Part shown: in pieces, positions 18,820 to 28,544 of the stretch
Layout: every line of letters starts with the position of its first letter
Position numbering within the stretch: the first letter of the stretch is position 1
Origin: an uncultured Planctomycetia bacterium
Lineage (GTDB): Bacteria > Planctomycetota > MHYJ01 > CAYXQY01
NCBI GenBank assembly: GCA_964580675.1
Contig: CAZOLI010000009.1
Span: 7,008-71,007 of the forward strand
Direction: 5' to 3'
DNA length: 64,000 bases
The notes under the pieces: generated by a model
The model's database searches: none
What the model was told of the DNA's origin: nothing
Seen by the model: the letters and a program-made list of their open reading frames with translations, nothing else
Program-made: the position numbers and the translations under genes

Positions 18820-19182
18820 ATGATTACGGACATCAACACGGTGTTGCTGCACGTTCAGGACCTTCGTCAGATGAGACGGTTTTATCGAGATGTGCTTGGA
18901 TTAAACATCGTGGATGACGGAAGCGAACTCGTGAACCTGAAATGTGGGGATGTCTTAATCGCTCTGGAAAAGGTCGAAGAAGAAATTCCCGAATCTCCCA
19001 TGGGGAAACAGACGTCTCTCATTCTGAACGTTACAAAATTTGACCGCCTCGTTCGAGTCCTTCGGGAAGCCGAAATTCCCATACGACGGGGACCGGTGTT
19101 AAACCGGGAGGCCGGAGTTCAGTGGTTAACCATTGAGGATCCGGAAGGACATGAACTCATACTGCAGGAACACATGAGTTAA
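18820..19182 (+). CDS. VOC/glyoxalase-superfamily protein
   Basis: VLLHVQDLRQMRRFYRDVLGL...IEDPEGHELILQE; strong AGGAGG SD. Confidence 0.88.
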   Translation: MITDINTVLLHVQDLRQMRRFYRDVLGLNIVDDGSELVNLKCGDVLIALEKVEEEIPESPMGKQTSLILNVTKFDRLVRVLREAEIPIRRGPVLNREAGVQWLTIEDPEGHELILQEHMS

Positions 19183-19191
19183 ATCGCACCT

Positions 19192-19212
19192 AAAAGGGGG
19201 GGGTCCTTTTTT
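19192..19212 (+). terminator. Possible bidirectional intrinsic terminator
   Basis: AAAAGG-GGGGGGT-CCTTTTTT just after the VOC stop; weak stem. Confidence 0.3.
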
Positions 19213-19289
19213 CTATGAAGAGACGCGAACGTGGTTCCCCTTCCCCTTGCTACCACTCTCACCTTTGCCCAGAAGAAGCTATTTTGGCG

Positions 19290-19635
19290 GGGTGTAAATC
19301 ATCATCTTTGCCGTCGGGGTCCGTCCCCGACCATATTTGGCAGGGATGCCTTCACCCCAATTCCGTATTGTTCCCTTGTTTCGGAAGAATCCGGGACCCC
19401 GAACATTTCCACCGCGGGTGGACGTATTCTCGCCTCTTTATCTTTATCCTTATCTTTATCTTAATCCACGGTCCTCCGGACCGTCCCGTCCCCCTCCCTC
19501 ACGGTCGGGGCTCTGGCTTTGGGGAAACAACCGTCTATAACAATCTCTTTTGCTCCACAGCACACCAGCCCCCGTGCTCCTCCGCTCCCCTGCTCAACTC
19601 CTCACTCCTTACTCCCCCCTCCTTACTGACCCACT
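19290..19635. repeat. Composite non-coding repeat, locus 2 (homologous to locus 1)
   Basis: 19422-19499 is nearly identical to 6483-6560, 19500-19630 aligns with 6241-6350, and 19291-19350 aligns with 6001-6060. Confidence 0.9.
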
Positions 19636-19644
19636 GTTGAGTCC

Positions 19645-21132
19645 TTACAGACCGCTACGAACAAAATTTAGGGTGTTTTCCTCGTCATCCCGAACGACCC
19701 GGACCGGCCCTTTTCGTTCTTTGTCCACGTTCAAACTCACGTCCCCGATGGTCAGGACGGAGTCCGGAAATACTTTTTTTCGGATAATGATCTCGGGGAC
19801 TTCCTGACTCTCCGTCCGGCTTTTCAATTTTTTCACTCTTCGGCCGAGGCGTTTCGACTTCGATTTCAGCTTCTTCATGTTCCGAACCATATCGAGTATT
19901 TTTTCCACCTTCTCCTCCGGCAGTTCCTTCAGCCGTTCCCGCGTAATTTCCCGCTGACCAATCCTTGTTTCCAAATATTCAATCTTCTCCTGTACTTCCT
20001 CCTGCTCATTCTGAAGATCCTTAATTTCCCTGTAAGCATGCGTGGACACCCCGGTAATTACGATTGTCTCCTTCCCCATTTTCGATCCGATCACACCAAC
20101 CTCCACCGTGTTCAGGGCCACCACTTCGCCGCCCATTAATCGACCGCCGGGGGCCCTCAGGGCATCCATGGTGTTTATTTCGCTATCAATGATCTCCCCA
20201 TTCACCTCCACCTTCCCCGTGGCCGTTACATCACTCTCGTTTATGTACCGTGCGACGACGTTCCCCCCCGCTTCCAGTCTGGCCTTTTTCCTCCCCTTCA
20301 CGCCCCCTTTTGCACGGATGTCTCCCCCTGCCTCGACCTGAGCAGCCTGTACGGTTCCCTCCACCACAACATCTTTCCCGGCTTTCACCTTAAAATTATC
20401 TCCAATTTGACCCTCTACAAACACGGTACCCGAAAAATCCACGTTTCCCACGTCATAATCAATATCCCCCTCCACGCGATAAACGTCCGAAACCTCCAGT
20501 ATACCGTCCTTTTTCTGAACAAGCCCACTCTCCGTCGCTGCATAAGTCCGTGTTTCCTCGTTGTATTCTACGTTTTCCCCCGGCTCAAATGGAAGATCCT
20601 CGTCCCCGAATAATTCTATTTTGTTACCGAATACGTCCACACCCGATTCTCCTTCAGCGTCCGATTTCAATGTTCCGATGGGGTCTCCCCTGGACACGGA
20701 CTGAACGTTCTTTCCGGCCTCCTCACGAAAATCAACCTGATCATTCTCATCCGTCTCGTCCTCATCAGAATTTGAACGAAGATCTTCCGACCACTCCACG
20801 GCTTTTTCCCGTTTCTGCTCCAGTTCCGGCTTCTTTCCTTCCGCTACCTGTATCGGTTTCAGTTCCTCCTGTTCAGAAATCGCCTCCTTGATCTCTTCCT
20901 TTGCGTTATCCCATTGTTCAGGATCCACGTTGACGCCCAATTCCTCCAGAAATCGGTGGACGTCCGTTGTGTCATGGATCAATGTTGAATCACCCGTATT
21001 CTCCTCATCCTCACCCAAACGTTCCGAACCAATCCGGGAAATTTTGACGTATCCCTTTACGGGAGGATCCGACACGAGAAACGAGCATTTAAATGCCCGG
21101 TTTACGAGTTTTCGAGATGCCAATTCTTTCAT
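19645..21132 (-). CDS. FapA (DUF342) family protein
   Basis: VEGDIDYDVGNVDFSGTVFVEGQIGDNFKVKAGKDV beta-helix, C-terminal coiled coil and IIIRKKVFP. Confidence 0.85.
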   Translation of the reverse strand: MKELASRKLVNRAFKCSFLVSDPPVKGYVKISRIGSERLGEDEENTGDSTLIHDTTDVHRFLEELGVNVDPEQWDNAKEEIKEAISEQEELKPIQVAEGKKPELEQKREKAVEWSEDLRSNSDEDETDENDQVDFREEAGKNVQSVSRGDPIGTLKSDAEGESGVDVFGNKIELFGDEDLPFEPGENVEYNEETRTYAATESGLVQKKDGILEVSDVYRVEGDIDYDVGNVDFSGTVFVEGQIGDNFKVKAGKDVVVEGTVQAAQVEAGGDIRAKGGVKGRKKARLEAGGNVVARYINESDVTATGKVEVNGEIIDSEINTMDALRAPGGRLMGGEVVALNTVEVGVIGSKMGKETIVITGVSTHAYREIKDLQNEQEEVQEKIEYLETRIGQREITRERLKELPEEKVEKILDMVRNMKKLKSKSKRLGRRVKKLKSRTESQEVPEIIIRKKVFPDSVLTIGDVSLNVDKERKGPVRVVRDDEENTLNFVRSGL

Positions 21133-21171
21133 GCGAAATAGACTCGTTACCGTTTAGTCCCGTGAATACAA

Positions 21172-21834
21172 CTACGTTCCCGAAATTCTTGACCCCTCCG
21201 GGTATTCACCGTGGGCAAGAGCACCCGCTTCAAGAAACGATCCATCCCCAATACGCGTTCCGGGGGCCACGGTGGCTCCCGCACCGATCATCACTTCATC
21301 ACCGAGTTTTACGTCTCCGGTAAGCGTTGCACCGGGAGCGATATGACAGTAATCTCCGATTTCGCAACCGTGATCAACGGAGGCATTGGTGTTCACGATG
21401 ACCCCTTTGCCAAGAGATGCACTCACCCCGACCACACCGCCCGCATGTATACAGCAACCCCTTTCCACCTCTGCCTCCGAACTTATAACGGCGGACGGAT
21501 GAGGTGTGGTAACGGCCCGGCCAATTTCCTCCGTGAACGTTTCCTGGAGTTCTCTCCGATGCGAATTATCCCCAATAGCCGGAACACAGGAAACCGGGTT
21601 CTCGTCAAATCCCAGGTCCTCCTTCCACCTGTTCCGATCCACCCAGGTACCGAGTACCGGTTTTCCCCTGACAGGACCCTCCAGGTATGGTTCCTCGTCC
21701 ACCACATCCACAAGACCCGCAACGTCGTCAAGCCGGTCTGCTTCATCCAGCATGTCAAGAAGAACCCGGGCCTGGGAACCGGCCCCGAGAAGAACGAGCG
21801 AGTTCCGGGACGAACGAACGTCACCCCTAATCAT
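21172..21834 (-). CDS. NeuD/PglD-family sugar acyltransferase
   Basis: LLGAGSQARV, AIGDNSHR, HPSAVIS, IVNTNASVDHGC hexapeptide repeats. Confidence 0.88.
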   Translation of the reverse strand: MIRGDVRSSRNSLVLLGAGSQARVLLDMLDEADRLDDVAGLVDVVDEEPYLEGPVRGKPVLGTWVDRNRWKEDLGFDENPVSCVPAIGDNSHRRELQETFTEEIGRAVTTPHPSAVISSEAEVERGCCIHAGGVVGVSASLGKGVIVNTNASVDHGCEIGDYCHIAPGATLTGDVKLGDEVMIGAGATVAPGTRIGDGSFLEAGALAHGEYPEGSRISGT

Positions 21835-22840
21835 TTCTGGTCTTTAATAATTCAATGACCCGTTCCATGTCCTCCGGAAGAGGGGCTTCAACCGTAAGCC
21901 GCTCCTCACTTTCGGGATGATCAAAGGATATCGTTCGTGCGTGAAGTGCCTGTCTGTGAATAACAGCTTCCGGATCCTCAACGTCATCCGGCCGTTCGTT
22001 CCCGGTTATGTTCCAGGGAAACAGCACATCCTGATCCCCGTATTCGGTATCCGCGATCACCGGATGTCCGATGTGAGAAAGGTGAACGCGAATTTGATGG
22101 GTTCGACCCGTTTCGATCTTCACGTCCAGAAGACTGAATTTGCCAAACCGCTCTCGCACCCGGTAAATTGTAACGGCACGTTTTCCGTCTTCCCTCACCT
22201 TCTGAAACATCCTGTTGTTTGGATCCGACCCGATCGGAAGATCTATGCGATCCTCATCAAACCGAGGTTCCCCTTTGACGATCGTTGTATACTGTTTGTC
22301 AACGTTCCGGTTCTCAAATTGTTTTCCCAGGCCCGTGCGCGCTCCTTGTGTCTTTGCGACCAGAATGACGCCGCTGGTCTCTTTGTCAAGACGGTGCACA
22401 ATGCCGGGTCGATACACCTCATCGCCGTTCCGGGAGGGCAGCGAATCCTCACAGTAGCCAAGCACGGCATTTACCAGCGTCCCGGACCAGTGTCCCCCCC
22501 CGGGATGGGTCACCATCATGGCCGGTTTGTTTACGGCCATCATCCGGTCGTCCTCGTAGAGGACGTCAATGGGAATGTCCTCCGGTTCCGGTTTGGGTTT
22601 CACAATTCGAGGCACTTCCGCCTCGATGAAATCTCCCACACTTAACCGGTAGGCTTTCTTCGTTTCAACTTCTCCATTTACTTTCACCAGGCCTCTCTTT
22701 ATCACTTTTTGCAGCAAACTCCGGGAATACTGCTGCAGGCGATTTGCCAGGTACTTGTCAAGACGGTACCCCTTCCGAACTTTTTTGTTTATTTCGTATT
22801 CCTTTTTTTCCAGGTCATCAAAATCCAGCTGTTCTTTCAT
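21827..22840 (-). CDS. rluD: RluA/RluD-family 23S rRNA pseudouridine synthase
   Basis: S4 domain (RLDKYLA), PGIVHRLDKETSG, TGRTHQIRVH, RQALHA. ATG 22840 chosen over upstream TTG 22858. Confidence 0.9.
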   Translation of the reverse strand: MKEQLDFDDLEKKEYEINKKVRKGYRLDKYLANRLQQYSRSLLQKVIKRGLVKVNGEVETKKAYRLSVGDFIEAEVPRIVKPKPEPEDIPIDVLYEDDRMMAVNKPAMMVTHPGGGHWSGTLVNAVLGYCEDSLPSRNGDEVYRPGIVHRLDKETSGVILVAKTQGARTGLGKQFENRNVDKQYTTIVKGEPRFDEDRIDLPIGSDPNNRMFQKVREDGKRAVTIYRVRERFGKFSLLDVKIETGRTHQIRVHLSHIGHPVIADTEYGDQDVLFPWNITGNERPDDVEDPEAVIHRQALHARTISFDHPESEERLTVEAPLPEDMERVIELLKTRND

Positions 22841-22896
22841 ACCCAGTTTTGAAAACAACCTGCTGTTGGATGGAACCGTTATGATTGGAAAACCGA

Positions 22897-23862
22897 TTAA
22901 AGATGCTCTTCAAACCATTCCCAGGTTTGTAACAACCCCTCCTTCAACTCCATTACCGGTTCATAATCAAGCTCTTCTCGCGCCCGGGATATATCGGCGT
23001 ACGAGTGCCGGATGTCCCCCGGTCGCGGATCCTCGTAAACGGGATCCACGTCAAGCCCACTGATGTCGCGCAGGACTTCAAACAGTTCGTTTATGGACGT
23101 GGAGCGAAAGCCACTGATGTTGTAAACCTCCCCGGCGTTTTCGGGCCTCTGTGCGGCCGAAAGAAACGCATCCACCACGTTGGAGACGTAGGTAAAATCC
23201 CGGGTCTGTTTTCCGTCTCCGTAGATGACCGGGCGTTCACGCCGAAGAAGAGAACTGATGAACGACGGCACGACAGCGGCGTATTCACTATCGGGATCCT
23301 GGTAAGGACCAAAGACATTAAAAAGACGAAGAGTAATTACCGGAAGTTCAAAGGTCTCATGATATGCTTCAGCATATAATTCCATGGCCGCCTTCGAAGC
23401 AGCATACGGTGAAACCGGGTTCCAGCCCGCGTCCTCGGTCATCGGAAGCTCATCGGTTTCCCCGTAAACGGCCGAACTACCTGCGTTCACAATGACCTCC
23501 GGCTCAATTTCACGGGCCATTTCCAGCAATCGCAATGAACCGGTCACGTTGGCCCTGTTGGTCGTCGTCGGATCCCGCACCGAACGAGGAACGGAGGGGA
23601 TGGCGGCCAGGTGGAAAATATACGACGCGTCCTCAAAACCCGGAAGTGGACTGCTGATCAGTGACACATCACTCTGGATCAGCCGGACGTCGTCCTCAAC
23701 ATCCTCTATATTTGACCGGTTTCCCGTTGCGAAATCCTCAATAATGGAAACGTTCGCACCGTACTCCAGCAGTCTTCGTACCAGGTTGGAGCCGATGAAT
23801 CCGGCTCCACCTGTAACCAGAACGTCGGTATTTTGAAAAATCTCCTTGTTTATCTCCGTCAT
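22897..23862 (-). CDS. NAD-dependent nucleotide-sugar 4-epimerase (WbpP/GalE-like)
   Basis: TGGAGFIGS, HLAAIPSVPRS, SPYAASK, FNVFGPYQDP, RDFTYV, RPGDIRHS. Confidence 0.92.
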   Translation of the reverse strand: MTEINKEIFQNTDVLVTGGAGFIGSNLVRRLLEYGANVSIIEDFATGNRSNIEDVEDDVRLIQSDVSLISSPLPGFEDASYIFHLAAIPSVPRSVRDPTTTNRANVTGSLRLLEMAREIEPEVIVNAGSSAVYGETDELPMTEDAGWNPVSPYAASKAAMELYAEAYHETFELPVITLRLFNVFGPYQDPDSEYAAVVPSFISSLLRRERPVIYGDGKQTRDFTYVSNVVDAFLSAAQRPENAGEVYNISGFRSTSINELFEVLRDISGLDVDPVYEDPRPGDIRHSYADISRAREELDYEPVMELKEGLLQTWEWFEEHL

Positions 23863-23919
23863 ATTACATTCTTAAAAATCAAGATAACTGCAGCAGAGAG
23901 TCCCCATTCCCCCCAAAAT

Positions 23920-25326
23920 TCACTTGCTCTCAAGTACTTTTTCCCACTCCGATATCCAGTTTTTCTTGAATTCACCGGGGGAAGCATACGTCCCGATGTT
24001 CTCCCCTGTAAGCATCCGGAGCTGATGATGGAGGTAGGCATAATGGGTCTGGCGATCGGGAGGATTTCCTCCGCCATCCTCGCCCGATTCCGGCACCCGG
24101 TTAAACGCCGTTACCAGCCACCTTGTTCTTGAGTTATTGCTGTTTTTCTGGTACCAACTTCGAATTTCACGGCCACTGGAAAACCAGCGTCCGGTAATGC
24201 GATACCAGAACCGCCGGTAATACGAAAGATGCTCCTCACTGTTCGGGGTGTGAAAATCATAAAATTCAACTTTTTTCTGAACGTCGGAGGTGTTTCCGAA
24301 CATCTGATACAGTGCCACGAGTCCGGCCAACCGCAGGTGCTCCCGGCGTCCCGAGTCCTCAACAAGTTCCGAGATGACCTGCTTTACCTTTGATGACGGA
24401 GAAGGTGTGTCAGCAGGGGCCGGTTGTTCCAGGTCTATTTCGCGAATGGTCTTCTGCATATGAAGTGGAAACACACGAATCCCCAAGACCACATGCAATG
24501 AACTGAGGGCATCCAGAACGGCAAAATGATCAACCCGGTTTAAACGGGCATGCAACTCCCGGAGGTTGTTCGCCGTCACATGACCCCGATGGCCGGCGAT
24601 CATCAATCCTTCCATGGCCCTCTTCATCCGTTCCGGAGACGTATCTTCCTTCATAATCACGTCTTTCAGGGGTTTTACCGCTGATTTTTCTGCGGTTCTG
24701 ACGTAACCTCCTATATCTTTCATGGAGGGAGTACCGGATCCGGCAAACGCCTTCGTGAGTTTTTCCTTCGCCGCCTCGCCCGGAGCCTTCTGATTCATCC
24801 AGCTCTGCAGTTGCAGGTATCCCCAGATCCCCACGGCCAGCACGACGACCGCAACAACGCTTCTTTTCGTCCATTTCTTTCGAAGGTAGTCCGCATCAGC
24901 ATCATCATCCGCAACTTTCTCCCCCGTCCTGACATCCGTTCCGCACTCAAGACAGTAGATGTCCCCCTTCAGAAGCTCCGTTCCGCAATTTGGACAGGTT
25001 TGGTCCGTCTGTTGCTGATCCGCTGATTCCGGTTCCTCCGTCTCCTGACGCGGGGGCGGTTGTGTCGATGAAGCCGAACCGGATTCGTCATCCTTCCCCG
25101 GTTCGAGATCGGCCTGAGAAGGACCTTCGGTCACTTCACCAAGCTCCAGACCGGTCCCTTCCGAGGTGGATTCCTCTTCGTTCCCCGTATCCATCCCGGC
25201 ATCACCCGGTGTCTCGTCCGGAACTTTCATCACACTTTCACACGATGGACATCGTATTTTCTTCCCCCGGAGGGAATCCTTCACCTCAAGTGTTTTTCCG
25301 CAACCGCACGTCATCTGAAATCCCAT
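23920..25326 (-). CDS. Double zinc-ribbon, single-TM protein with helical extracytoplasmic domain
   Basis: TCGCG...RCPSC, acidic linker, TCPNC...YCLEC, TM VVAVVVVLAVGIWGYL. Confidence 0.75.
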   Translation of the reverse strand: MGFQMTCGCGKTLEVKDSLRGKKIRCPSCESVMKVPDETPGDAGMDTGNEEESTSEGTGLELGEVTEGPSQADLEPGKDDESGSASSTQPPPRQETEEPESADQQQTDQTCPNCGTELLKGDIYCLECGTDVRTGEKVADDDADADYLRKKWTKRSVVAVVVLAVGIWGYLQLQSWMNQKAPGEAAKEKLTKAFAGSGTPSMKDIGGYVRTAEKSAVKPLKDVIMKEDTSPERMKRAMEGLMIAGHRGHVTANNLRELHARLNRVDHFAVLDALSSLHVVLGIRVFPLHMQKTIREIDLEQPAPADTPSPSSKVKQVISELVEDSGRREHLRLAGLVALYQMFGNTSDVQKKVEFYDFHTPNSEEHLSYYRRFWYRITGRWFSSGREIRSWYQKNSNNSRTRWLVTAFNRVPESGEDGGGNPPDRQTHYAYLHHQLRMLTGENIGTYASPGEFKKNWISEWEKVLESK

Positions 25327-25727
25327 TTTTCTTGTGCCCGGCGTGATTTAAATAATCAGATTTCCGTACCAGATTCGACAGGAAGAAAGGCCGTCCATAC
25401 AACTCCCCATCCTCGAACGCGACATGTATTGAATCGAATGAACTGATGGAATTCAAGGTTTCCCGAACGGTTTGTTTTTCTCTATCCAGCTGTATATACT
25501 TTTAATGAATACGGTTGAATCGAATCGACTCAGCAGCTGTTCATGCGTTCCGGTTCAATCGGTTTTTGTTTCTCGTCATCAACAGCGAAGTTCAGTAAGG
25601 AAACAAAATCCCGATCACCGATTAGCCGGCTGGCTCTGGCAGATCCTTCCGAAACGCAAAATACCCTGCCACTCTTCCGGACAACAGAAGACGGTTTGAA
25701 TTCATAAGATAACCAGGAGCAAACATA

Positions 25728-26231
25728 ATGATCAGCGTGAATCGACACCACCTGTCTTCACTCGTTGGGATTTTTCTGGTTTTCCTGTTTGTGATCTCGT
25801 GTTCGTCGTCCACACACAAATGGCTCGAACACCGTCAGTTAAAAGCTGAACACGTCAGTGCCCTGAACCTCGGCTCGACGCACAACATGATCATCGCCGG
25901 GGAACGCTCAAACCTGAGAGTAAATGGCATGGTGGGCAATCACACGCGAGAACTAACGGATTACGTCACGTTTCATGTTCAGGGACCCGGCTCGATCGAC
26001 CGTGAAAACGGCCGTGTCTATTTTGAGGGTTCTTCACCGAACGGAAAGGATGGCACGCAGGTCTGGGTCACGTATGATCACAGTCAGTTTAACACAAAAA
26101 CCCCTCCTTCCGTGCCCCGGGTGGTGAAAAGCAATCGGGTAACCATCTACGTTCGACCCCGATCGGAGAAAATCGAGATGCCTGAAGTCCGGAAGTACGA
26201 GCCAAGGCGTCTGCAGAAGCCGGTTCGATAG
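25728..26231 (+). CDS. Hypothetical lipoprotein, possible Ig-like domain
   Basis: Lipobox VISC, beta-rich sequence, AGGAG SD. Confidence 0.65.
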   Translation: MISVNRHHLSSLVGIFLVFLFVISCSSSTHKWLEHRQLKAEHVSALNLGSTHNMIIAGERSNLRVNGMVGNHTRELTDYVTFHVQGPGSIDRENGRVYFEGSSPNGKDGTQVWVTYDHSQFNTKTPPSVPRVVKSNRVTIYVRPRSEKIEMPEVRKYEPRRLQKPVR

Positions 26232-26284
26232 CCTTCCCATCCATTCCCGGATTCCCGGGAGACAAAAAGAAACAGGCACTGGCA

Positions 26285-27076
26285 TTAGAGGAGTGATTGC
26301 ACCTGGCCCCCATCCACCTGGATGGTTGTCCCGGTAATAAAGGAGGCCTGTTCGGAACAGAGAAACGCCACAAGACTTCCCACCTCCGCAGGTTCCCCCA
26401 CACGACCCACGGGTATTTCCGATCCCATTTCCCGAATAAATGCTTCCGGTGATTGTTCCGTTCCCCGGGTTTCCTCACGGGCAAGCTCCTCCAGACGACT
26501 CGTGTGTACATAACCCGGGCAGACGTTGTTTACCAGAACCCCTTCCTCCCCCACCTCCCGGGACAGCGTTTTGGCCCAGCCGACCACCGCCGAACGAATG
26601 CTATTGCTCAGCATGAGATTGTCGATGGGTTGTTTTACCGAGATGGACGTCAGGTTTACAATCCGCCCCCATTCCCGATCCTTCATCCCCGGAAGAAATC
26701 CTCGAACAAGCCGCAAACTGCTCATCAGTGTTCGCTCCACCGCATCCTGCCAGTCCTCCTCGTCAAGGGAGTCGAACGTTCCGGGAGGAGGGCCGCCATT
26801 GTTGGTAACCACAATATCTATTTTTCCTGATTCCTCAAGTACCTGCTCAGTGAACGCATCAATTTGTTCCCTTTCATCCAGATCAACGATGTACCAGTCC
26901 ACCGTTGCACCTGTATTTTGCTCGATCTCCGACGCCGTCTCACGAAGTTGTTCTTTTCCCCTCGCACAGATCACGAGATCACAGCCATTCCGTCCCAGTT
27001 CCATGGCAACTCCCCTGCCTATGCCTCTGCTGGAAGCCGCCACCAGTGCCCGTCGATCGTCCAATCCCAGATCCAT
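26285..27076 (-). CDS. SDR-family oxidoreductase (3-oxoacyl-ACP reductase-like)
   Basis: [40 protein letters not shown]. Confidence 0.92.
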   Translation of the reverse strand: MDLGLDDRRALVAASSRGIGRGVAMELGRNGCDLVICARGKEQLRETASEIEQNTGATVDWYIVDLDEREQIDAFTEQVLEESGKIDIVVTNNGGPPPGTFDSLDEEDWQDAVERTLMSSLRLVRGFLPGMKDREWGRIVNLTSISVKQPIDNLMLSNSIRSAVVGWAKTLSREVGEEGVLVNNVCPGYVHTSRLEELAREETRGTEQSPEAFIREMGSEIPVGRVGEPAEVGSLVAFLCSEQASFITGTTIQVDGGQVQSLL

Positions 27077-27086
27077 ATCTACCTCA

Positions 27087-28331
27087 TCAATAATATATTT
27101 CGGTCTCTTCGACTTCCTTCAGCTTCTCAAATTCCTCAATGTATTTTTTCTGAAGAAGCTTCCACTTTATCCCGACGGAATATTCGTCCCTCTCCACGTC
27201 TTCATCTCCGCTCGGACGACACCACCGAACCTCCCCTCGAGTTTTAAAGGAACTGTTAATGGCCGGGATCACGATCAAACAGTCGACAACCTCCCCTTCC
27301 TGAAATTCATCGCCGGAAGAAAACCCGAGGCCCCCACGACTGAAATTCATGATACTGTACCGGGAACCACCGGGTTTCTCGTATTCCGAATCTTCCTGAC
27401 GGGTTTCACAATACAGGTAACTGCCCGGCGAAATCAGGCGGGTATCCCGGTTTTCAATGTCCATGCTGGACCGTTCCTCGAGCCGTTTACCCGAATCTTC
27501 GGCCTCTTCTTCTTTTGGTGGTTCCCAGTGTTTCTTCAGTTCCCACAGCACCATGTTCATGTCCGAAAACCGGTCATCCGGATCCTTCTCAATCATCTTC
27601 ATCACGGTATCCGAGAGGGACAGAGAGATGTCCTCCCGTTTTTCGATGAGGGGTTCGGCTGATTCTTTCCGGTGTTTGTCCAGGAGTTCCTGTTTTGTAC
27701 GGGCGACAAACGGCGGTTCACCGGACGCCATCTCATACAGCGTTATACCCAGGGAATACATGTCCGTTCGGTAATCGAGAGAATCCCCCTCAATCTGTTC
27801 GGGAGCCATGTAGGTAGGGGTTCCCGAAACACCGGAGGAACCGAAAAAATCAAACGAGAAAAATCCGATTTCCTCCGCTATGGAAAAATCTATCACCCGA
27901 ACGTCCAGTGTTTCGTTAACAAGGATGTTTTCCGGTTTTATGTCCTTGTGTATGATGTTCTCCAGATGGAGCGCGGAAAGGGCCTGAGCGGTTTTGATGC
28001 CGACAGTAAGCCAGTGCCTCCGAATGAGATCAGATTCCTGCAGAAGCAGGTTTTTCACGTTTCTGCCGTCAAAGTATTCCAGAATCATGTAAGGACGGCC
28101 GTCCACTTCCCCGGTATCATAAATATCGAGGAACAGGTTTTCCTTCAGGGTATCCAGAAGCTCCGCCTCAAACTCAAACATCTTCCGTTCTTCGCTATCC
28201 GAGGCAGCTTCCTCGGTTAAGATCTTAATGGCCACGGTGTCCCCACTGCTCTTATCCGCCGCCTGGTATATGACGGAACTCCCTCCACGATTGACCTCTT
28301 TTATCGTGTTGTAGCCGTTTATTCGTACCAT
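27087..28331 (-). CDS. Hanks-type Ser/Thr kinase with C-terminal PilZ-like domain
   Basis: [38 protein letters not shown]-terminal [10 protein letters not shown]...GEVRWC...VGIKW. True start is ATG 28331; the upstream ORF extension is the tRNA. Confidence 0.88.
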   Translation of the reverse strand: MVRINGYNTIKEVNRGGSSVIYQAADKSSGDTVAIKILTEEAASDSEERKMFEFEAELLDTLKENLFLDIYDTGEVDGRPYMILEYFDGRNVKNLLLQESDLIRRHWLTVGIKTAQALSALHLENIIHKDIKPENILVNETLDVRVIDFSIAEEIGFFSFDFFGSSGVSGTPTYMAPEQIEGDSLDYRTDMYSLGITLYEMASGEPPFVARTKQELLDKHRKESAEPLIEKREDISLSLSDTVMKMIEKDPDDRFSDMNMVLWELKKHWEPPKEEEAEDSGKRLEERSSMDIENRDTRLISPGSYLYCETRQEDSEYEKPGGSRYSIMNFSRGGLGFSSGDEFQEGEVVDCLIVIPAINSSFKTRGEVRWCRPSGDEDVERDEYSVGIKWKLLQKKYIEEFEKLKEVEETEIYY

Positions 28332-28344
28332 GATGAGAGAAAGA

Positions 28345-28417
28345 TGGAGACGACCGGGCTCGAACCGGTAACCTCCGCCTTGCAAGGGCGGTGCTCTCCC
28401 AGTTGAGCTACGTCCCC
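28345..28417 (-). tRNA. tRNA-Ala (UGC), CCA not encoded
   Basis: GGGGACGTAGCTCAACTGGGAGAGCACCGCCCTTGCAAGGCGGAGGTTACCGGTTCGAGCCCGGTCGTCTCCA forms a cloverleaf with anticodon TGC and the G3:U70 Ala identity pair. Confidence 0.97.
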
Positions 28418-28544
28418 ATTCATATACAAATAGATAATATTGATAATTCCATGCGGCCACCCCCTCCGAAATATTTCACTCCACCATTACTGAACGGCTA
28501 TTTTAGAAAATCGCCGTGTCAATTTGTATTGAACGGACTGAGAA

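Noticed and set aside
18820-19182. VOC protein as the methylmalonyl-CoA epimerase for the mutase
   Set aside because: It lacks the two metal-binding His residues of MCE (INTV, TSLIL at those positions) and is 8 kb away.
28345-28417. tRNA as integration site of an island
   Set aside because: I saw no integrase, no duplicated tRNA 3' end and no obvious compositional break.
28332-28460. N-terminal extension of the kinase ORF given in the ORF track
   Set aside because: It is the tRNA-Ala read in frame; the real start is ATG 28331.
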